The notes beneath the pieces are model-generated. The model was not told the DNA's origin. It worked only from the letters and a program-made list of their open reading frames with translations, and searched no databases. Shown here one piece after another: positions 30,501-39,500 of a DNA stretch of 64,000 nucleotides; the stretch's first letter is position 1, and every line of letters begins with the position of its first letter. Source of the DNA: Verrucomicrobiota bacterium (GTDB taxonomy: Bacteria; Verrucomicrobiota; Verrucomicrobiia; Limisphaerales; AAA164-E04); the NCBI GenBank assembly GCA_047947115.1, contig CP170459.1:2080001-2144000 (forward strand), read 5' to 3'. Made by a program: the position numbers and the translations under genes.

Positions 30501-33500
30501 GAGGACAACCGCATTGAAATTCGGGTTCGACTTTACCGCTGCCTATGGCAACCTCCTACCGCTGCAATTGGATCTCAATGCGTTGGTGAATCAATTGGCA
30601 GGCGACAGCGGTGCTGCAGCTTTCCTCGATGCAGCCACCACGCTGATCCAGGTCGAAGGATCCGGGTCATTGGAAGTCAGCGCGAGTGCTTCGTTGATTT
30701 TGGATTTTGGAATTGATGTGACCAATCCCACATCACCCGAGGTGTTCTTCTATGACACCACCGGAATTTCGCTTCTGGCTAAGGTGCTTGGACGCGATAT
30801 TTCCATTGAGACCTCGCTTGGTTCCGTGATTGGGATCTATATTGAAGACGGGGAAGTGACCATTGATCAGGATGGTGATCCGGATACTGATGCGGGCGAC
30901 GACGATCGAGGTGTTGAGTTCGGCCTGACGCTGAACGACACGAATGGTGATTCCAGGATTTATTTCTCCGAAAACTGGTTCACCACCGACATCATTGACA
31001 TTTCCCTGAATGGCGGACTGAGCGTATCCCTGCCAATCTTTGCTCCGGTGGAAGGATTGCCGCTGGGCGGGACAGGGGATCAGAACGAGGACGGACATCC
31101 GGACAACGAGTTGTATATTGAAATCTCCGATTTTGCCGGACTGTTTTCCGGGGAGGATGTGGTCACCATCATTGCCCCGGATCTGAACAACCTGATTCAA
31201 AATGTTGATTTCTGTGCTGTTTTAGAAAATGCGGGTTTGCTGATCAATGGACTGGATCAACTGCTCGGTTCGATCGAAGAAGGGCTGCAGGATCTGGTGG
31301 CATCCAATTCACTTCCAATGCTTGGGGATGGTTTCAGTGATGCTGCGAACTTTATCTCGAGTTTCCGAAATGGTTTGCTCGCGTCCATACAAGCCGAGTT
31401 GGATGCGGCAGGCGGCAGCGCAGTGACCGTTGTTGAAAACGCGCTCAAGCAAGCTTTCTGGGAAACGCTGGGACCGGAAGGGTTGGATTTGTTGGTAGAC
31501 CCTGATTCGGGTGAAGCGCTGGATCCATCACTGGGTTATCATCAGCTCGCCGTGATGCTGGACTGTGAAGCAGGGTTGGTGGTTGATCTGCGATTGCGCA
31601 AGACCGTCGCCTTGGTGGACACCAGCGAGAATCCGATTGATTTTGACATTGGCGTGCCCGGATTCGGGTTGGAAGTGAATGGAAATGTCAGTGTCGCCAT
31701 TGGATTTGATCTCAAGTTCGGCTTCGGGTTGAACAAGGAGGACGGTTTCTATTTCGATTCCTCGGCAGGTGCGGATGATCCCGAGCTGCGAGTCTTCTTC
31801 GAGGCCAGCATTCCCGGTTTGTCGGCGACGGGGAGTTTGGCATTCCTGCAACTGGACGTCGGAGATGATCCGGATGATCCGAGTTCGTTTGTCGGTCAGT
31901 TTGTTGTGGATCTGAAAGATCCCAATCACGACGGAAAACTGACATTTGCCGAGATGAGTTCGAGCGGGGTGCAGTTCTCGGACATATTTGATCCGGGACT
32001 CGAAGCCGTGGCGGATGTGAATCTGGACCTGTCGGCCAGTTTTGGTGGCAATGCGGCCTTCCCGCGCGTGGTGGCGGAGTTTCATCTGGATTGGTTGTGG
32101 GATCTGGAAGAAGGGATGCAGAGCCCTGAGATCGTGCTTTCGGACATCGCGCTGGATCTGGGGACCTTTATTTCCGATTTCCTGGAACCTATACTGAATG
32201 AGATCCGCAAGGTCACCGAACCACTGGATCCCATCATCGAAATCGCCACGGCCCGCTTGCCGGTGCTTTCCGATCTGGCTGGTCAGACCGTGACTTTGCT
32301 GGACTTGGCTGAACTGTATGGTGTGCTGGAACCATCGACCGTTCGCTTCATTGAAACGGCTCTCAAAGTGGTCGACATTATCAATAACCTGCCGACAGGG
32401 AATGGCAGTGTGTTGATTCCGTTTGGTTCTTTCCGGTTGGGCGAAGATGAAAATGGGAATCGCAACCAGATTCAGACACTCGATGCACTTGGTTCCACCG
32501 ACTTTGCCGGAATGGTGAACAATGCCGCTGCCACCGATACGAGCGCGACCTATATGAATCAGGTGTCCGGGTTTGCCAGTGATGTTGACAGCCTGGATAA
32601 TTTCAGCATCCCGATCTTCAAGAATCCTGCCGAGTTGTTCAACCTTTTCATAGGCGAACCGGTACGTCTCATCGAGTGGCGCATGCCGACCTTTGAGTTC
32701 AATTTTACATACACACAGAAAATAGCGATTTACCCGCCGCTTTACGCACACTTTGGAGGTTCCATTGGAGCGACCATCGACATCGGTTTCGGTTATGACA
32801 CCTTTGGCATACAGAAATACATTGCCGCCGAAGACAAGAATGTCCTGGATCTGTTCGATGGATTCTATGTTCTCGATTTCGATGAAAACGGAAACGAACA
32901 ACCCGAACTTGAATTGCGGGGCGAGATCTTTGCTGGGGCTTCCATTGACCTGCTCGTTGCGGAAGCGGGAGTGACGGGTGGTATCTATGCTTTGATTCAA
33001 TTTGACCTCAATGATGTCAACGATGACGGGAAGGTGCGCATTAGTGAAATCGTTGCCAACGCCCAGATCGATCCACGTTGCATTTTTGATATTCACGGAG
33101 AAATGGGATTGTTCCTGGAGGCCTTCCTGAGTGTGGACCTGTTTTTCTTCAGCATCGATAAGACCTGGCGCTTTGCGGAGATCACCCTGTTTGAGTTTGA
33201 CATCACCTGTCCCGAACCCGTGTTGGCATCGAAGGATGGTTCCGGGGTGTTGACTCTGCACATGGGAAGTGATGCGGAAGATCGTGAAGAAATCGATACC
33301 AGCGACTCCGCCGAAACGTTCATCGTGACACATCTGGATGGCGATGAACTCAGTGAAACGGTGGAAGTGCAGTGGGGTAATTACAAGCAGACCTATGAAG
33401 AAGTCACAAAAATCCTGGTCGTCAACGCTGGGGCCGGAAATGACTTGATCGATCTGCGCGGCGTCTTGGTGCCCGCCGAAGTCCATGGAGGCGTTGGTAA

Positions 33501-36500
33501 TGACACGATCTACCTCAGTGACGGCATGGGCGCCGTTGTTTATGGCGATGAAGGCAACGACACCATCGTGGCCAGTTCCGCCGCTTCGGCCACGGGCGTG
33601 ACTCTTTACGGTGGTGATGGCAACGATGTATTCACGCCGGGAACGGTTTCCATCACGATCTACGGCGATGGAGGAGCCGATATAATTCCGGGTAGTCCCG
33701 AGGGAGACTTCCTGTATGGCGGAGCCGGGGAAGATACCATTCTGGGCGCAGGTGGGGATGACTATCTGGAAGGTGGCGATGGCAAGGATACTCTTGAAGG
33801 ATCGGCGGGTAGTGACCTGCTCTATGGCGGTCTCGGCACCGACGTGCTTCGAGGAGGCCGTGATGATGATCTGCTGGACGGTGGGGAAGATGAGGATGTG
33901 CTCTATGGAGGTAGCGGTAATGATCTGTTGATCGGTGGAGAGGATGCGGACAAAGCCTACGGACATGGCGGTATCGATCTTTTGATCGGGGATAATGTGG
34001 CCACCATTTTTGGAGCCGCTCCATCTCGGGATACTCTTCCTTTGCTTGCTGACATTCCAACTTCCGGACTTCAAGTGACCGGTCTGACCGGTTTGGGTAA
34101 TGATTTCCTGATCGGCGGCGGCAATGTGGATGTGCTCTTTGGTGGTGACGGGGATGATTTCCTTTACGGTGGCAACATGTTCGCCAATGGGGAAACCGAG
34201 ATCATTGAGGAAGATCACAATGATTTCTTCGATGGCGGCGCCGGGGATGATGTGATCTTTGGCGACGATGCAATGGGACGCACGGGAGATCGTGACACAG
34301 GCATCGAGATCCGGGGGGCTGTCTGGTATGACAACAACAAGAATGATGTCTGGGATGATGAAGAAGTCGGGTTTGGATCGATTACGGTCGAGCTTCGCAA
34401 ACAAAGTGATGACAGTTTGATCGCAACCGAAGTAAGTGGTTCCGATGGTTCGTTTGTGTTCAAGGGGCTGGATCCCAATAATTACTACCTCGTTGCCAGC
34501 AAGCCTGCCGACCTGGATTATCTGGTGTCAGATCCTGCTCATGACGGAGAGGCATCGTACGTTGATAGCGATTTCATTGATGCTGCCGGCCGCACGGCCA
34601 CGTTTGCGTTGGATTACGATGAGGTGGAAACATCCATTGCGATTGGTTATGTGGGCGATCCGCTGCTGTCCATTGGGGATATCTCAGTAGAGGAAGGGGA
34701 TTCGGGTGTCATCAATGCCACCTTCACCATCACTCTTTCAGGTCCTCAGCTTTATGTCGCTACCGTGGATTATGAAACAGTGGATACAACGACAACAGCC
34801 AAAGAGGCTGACGGAGACTTTGAGTTCACGAGTGGCACATTGGAATTCGCTCCGGGTGAGACTTCGCTTCAGGTGGTAGTGCCTGTTTTGGGTGATCTCA
34901 CGTATGAGGATCACGAGCAGTTCGTTCTCCAATTGAGCAATCCAAGCGCAGGTATCGTCCTGCCTGCAGTACCGAGCGCCACGGCGACGATTGTCAACAA
35001 CGATCCCATACCTCAGATTTCCATCAGTGATTTCAACCCCATTCCAATCGATTACGAAGACGCAGATGAAACGCGTCCGATTTACGATGAAGATCAGGAT
35101 GCCGAGTTCATCATTTCGCTGAGCAATCCGTCCCATAACACGATCGAGGTCTCCTGGACCACCGATGTGGCGATCACCTCAAGGGGCTTGGCGGTGAATG
35201 ACGCAGCCACACCTTTCGGTTTGCCGGATGGTGATTTCATTCCCGCAAGTGGAACCGTGATCTTTGAACCGGGAGAAACGCGCCAGACCATAACCGTGGA
35301 GGTGCTGGATGACGATGGATACGATACGGACGGTGATCCTGCCACGGTTGTGCTGGACGAAGCGGCAGAAACTTTCCACGTCAACCTGTCTAATGCCAAG
35401 TTTGCCTTCATCAGCGATGATCGCGGTGTGGGGATCATTGAAGACGATGACGATCCGGTCAGTGTTTCCATTGCGCCCAACTCGCCCTACGATCCTGATG
35501 GCGCCGGTCCCATGACTCCATTGCCTTTCGAGACGCATGTTGTCGAAGGGAACTCCGGATCACAGTATGTTGAGTTTGAAGTGACCTTGTCGGAACGTAG
35601 TTCACTGCCCGTGACGGTCCAATACAGCACCTCACCCGGAACGGCGGTAGGTTCGGTCTATAGTAAACAGAGCAAGGCGATCAAAGACCTGCCTGACTAT
35701 GAGCCTACGCCGCAGGAAGACAAGACGGATCACGAACTGGAGCTTTTGTTTGCGCCAGGCGAAGTTTCGAAGACTTTCACCGTGGAAGTCTACGGAGATA
35801 ATCGCATCGAATCCGATGAAGATTTCTTCGTTAATTTGTTGAGCGCCCATAACGCAGATATCGCCACGGATCCGACAACTGAGAATAATCATGTGACGGT
35901 GGTGATCGAAAATGATGACAGCATGGTCAGCGTGGACTACGGTCCATACAGCATCTGGTTCAGCGATCAGATGTATGTGGTGGATGAACCGGACGCCGGA
36001 TCGGAGGATGCTGAGATCACCGTTATCAGGGCAGACGGCAGCTCCTATGCCATCGCTGTTTTGACGGCTTTCGATATTTCGGCCACCTCGGGAGCAGATT
36101 ATGATCCTGTCTTTCGAACCCTGCTGGTATTTGAGCCCGGTGAAAATTCCAAGACCGTATTGATCCCGGTTCATGCCGATGATCTGAGTGAAGGGGATGA
36201 GGAAGTCTTGTTGTTGTTGCAGGATCCCACCGGAGACGTGGTGAACGGTGAACCCTATGCGTCTACATTGGTGATCAGGGATGGCGACACACCTCAGCTT
36301 TCCATCGAACCGCCCGTCTTTGCATCCTTGCCTTGGGGAATAGATATTCCTGGCATCAAGGAAAACGGTGTGCCTCCCCATGAATTTACCGTCAAACTGA
36401 GCGCCGACGCGCCTCCAGGCGGAGTCACCGTTTATTATGAAACAGTGGCTATCTCGGCACGTGAAGGCACGGACTTTATCGCGGACTCCGGTTGGATCGT

Positions 36501-39500
36501 GATTCCGGAAGGTCAGGATGAATTCCCTCTGGAAGTCGTGATTGTGGATGATGCGATTGCGGAACCCAATGAACGATTTGCCGTACGTTTGAGTCAGGCA
36601 AGTGGGGCCGATCTTGCGGTCGAAGATAGTGTCGCTGTAGCTATCATCTTTGATGACGATGGGATTGAGGTGTCAGGTGTGGTTTTCTATGATGCCAATG
36701 CCAACGGCTTCCAGGACTACAATGAACGGGGGATCAACGATGTCGATGTGACGATCAGCTGGTATGAAGACGGCGCCGAACAGACCGCTACGGTGCAGAC
36801 CCAGACAGTGGGCGGCGTGCAGGGTGTCTTCACCCGCGATGTGTTCCTGGGGCAAGTTGCCATTGCTGTGGATGGCACTTCGGTGACTTCTCCTTACAAG
36901 GGATTTGGTATTCTCGGGTCAGGCAGCTATGAAACCACCACCGATAATGAGAGTCAGGCGGTGGAGTTCCTCGGGGCGGAAGGTATCTCTCCATTCGAAC
37001 CGGTCGGTTATGATACGTCATCCCGGTTTGATACGCCTGTCGAGACCGATGATGTGGGCAGAGGCGGTACGGATGATACCATCTTCGGAGGTCCCGGTGA
37101 TGACACTATTGATGCCGGAGCTGGGGATGATCACGTTGTGGGCGGGCATTGGATGACCGCTACCGATGGGAATGCCGCCGTGAATCTGGGTGATTATGAC
37201 GCAGATCTGTTGGTGGTGACAGATCCTGCCGGTGATCCGGACACCTTGCACAACGTCTACGATGAAGGTCCCATCTTTGAAATCGACCTTGGCAGTCTGC
37301 CCGCAGGAGGGTCGATCTCCGGTCAGATCTGGGAAGATGTGAATGATTCCGATACCCAGGATGGTGCGGATAATCTGTTTGCTGAGGAAGTGATCGTGCA
37401 TCTTTTCGATGACCTGGGCAATGCGGTGAATTCCATGGTGACGACCGATGGCGAATATACGTTTGATTATCTTGCCTTGAAGGAAGGTGGCGATCCGAGC
37501 GGTTATATCGTGGCCTTCGAATTACCGCAGGGATGGACTTTTGTCGTTCCTGAAATAGGTGGCGACGATACGGCCGACAGCGATGTGCTGGCGGGCAACC
37601 GCACCTTGGTGGTGGATATCAGTGAGGGATTGCCGGACGTGGCGAATGTGGATGCCGGGGTGAAGCCTTCGGATGCCATTCCTGCTTCCAACAGTGGTGG
37701 ATTTGAATTCGGTGAAGTGGCTTACACGGTTGGGCAGGAGGAAGGTTTTGTCACCATCGAAGTGGTGCGTGGCAATTCGACGAAACAAGCCGCGGTGATT
37801 TATCGGACTCACGATGGTTCAGCGGAAGCAGGAACGCATTACGACTCGGTGACCGGGATTCTGGTGTTCGAAGTGGGCGAGACCTATCGTTCCTTCGATG
37901 TGCCCGTGCATGATACCGGGTTGGGAATCAGTGAAACCGTTGAGTTCGCTCTCACACTCCATGAACCCACCGGTCGGCCATTGGATGAAACACTCGTCTA
38001 TATTTATGGCGATGGCCAGGGAACCTTGACCGATGACGATACGATTCAAGGCGGAGACGATTGGGATATTATCCTTGGCGATTCAGGTGCCATACCTGCC
38101 GAAGTGGTCATGGCCGATCCAGCCTCGCTTCTTACCATTATTACCAGGGGTGGTCCGGGTAAGGATAACATTGATGGCGGCAATGGCCCCGATTACATCG
38201 ATAGTCAACTGGACGATGACCTGGTCGCCGGCTCTGAAGGTCAGGATGTCGTTTATGCCGGTCTGGGTGACGATGAGGTGTGGGCCGAGCTGGACGATGA
38301 CGATCTGAATGGGCAGCATGGTGAGGACACCATTGTTTCCGTGCGCGATGTAGTTCGAATCGAACTTTCTCCTGACTTCCTGGTGCATTATGGCAATTCG
38401 GAAGGAACCGGTCCGGCATTGAGCACGTTTACCTTGAATGACAGCTTCGAGATTGCCCGCCTCTCGGCAGGTGCGACCGACAATGTCTTTGTCTTCACCG
38501 ATTGGGAAGGTTCGGTGTTTGTCGATGCTTCCGGAGGTGAGGACAGTTTGCATGTCACATTCGATTCCGACATGACTTTGACGGATGTGGTTCTGGCCTA
38601 TCCCTGGAATGCTATTTTCAATCAGATGCACGGCTTCTTTAAGGATGGAGCCATCAGTTTGCCTGATGATCAAACGTACCATCTGGGTTCTGTCGAGAAC
38701 GTGAAACTCACCGGTGGCGCGAGCGCGAATCACCTGGATGCATCCGGCTATTCGCGTAAAGCCATTCTGGAAGGAGCTGGTGGTGATGACGTGCTGGAGG
38801 GTGGTTCCAATGATGATGTTTTCGTGTTTGACGCCGATGATCCGCTTGGTGTGGATACCGTGATGGGTAACGGGGGGACGGATTGGTTGGATTTCTCATC
38901 CACCAGCGCTTCGGTCACAGTGGACCTTTCAGTTCTGTTGGTGGATCAAAGCGTGAATGGTAATCTGAACCTTATCCTGGATGACGAGATCGAAGCGGTC
39001 ATCGGTGGGGAGAATGATGACGAATTGATCGGTAATTTCCTGGATAATATTTTACTCGGAGGTCCGGGTGACGATATTCTGGCAGGTGGATTGGGTGATG
39101 AAACCTACGCGTTCGATACCGATGAAGCATGGGGCAATGAAACCATCATTGAAAATGCCGGGGAAGGTCACGACGTGATCGATTTCTCCGACACCTCCAC
39201 CCTGAACGTTGTCTTCGATCTCAGCAATACGGCAGCACAGGCGGTCAATGCGAATCTCACGCTCTCGGTTCAAGACTCAGGAGGTGGTGTGGGTGAAATC
39301 GAAGGGATCATTGGGGGTGATCTGGATGACGTCCTGTCCGGAAATAATGAGGACAACACCCTGGTGGGAGGTCCCGGTGTGGATACGTTGAATGGAGCCG
39401 GTGGGGATGATGTGCTGGATGGTGGAACCGGCAATGACGTGTTATCCGGGGGTGAGGGAACGGACACCATTCACGAATCCGAGGACACTCATTTCTATTT

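Noticed and set aside
31528..34404. 958-aa antisense ORF inside the giant gene
   Set aside because: Mirror-frame ORF explained by the codon usage of the D/G-rich sense protein; the sequence is I/V/H-rich with no recognisable motifs. The same applies to the other long antisense ORFs (e.g. 9676..10668, 11299..12390).
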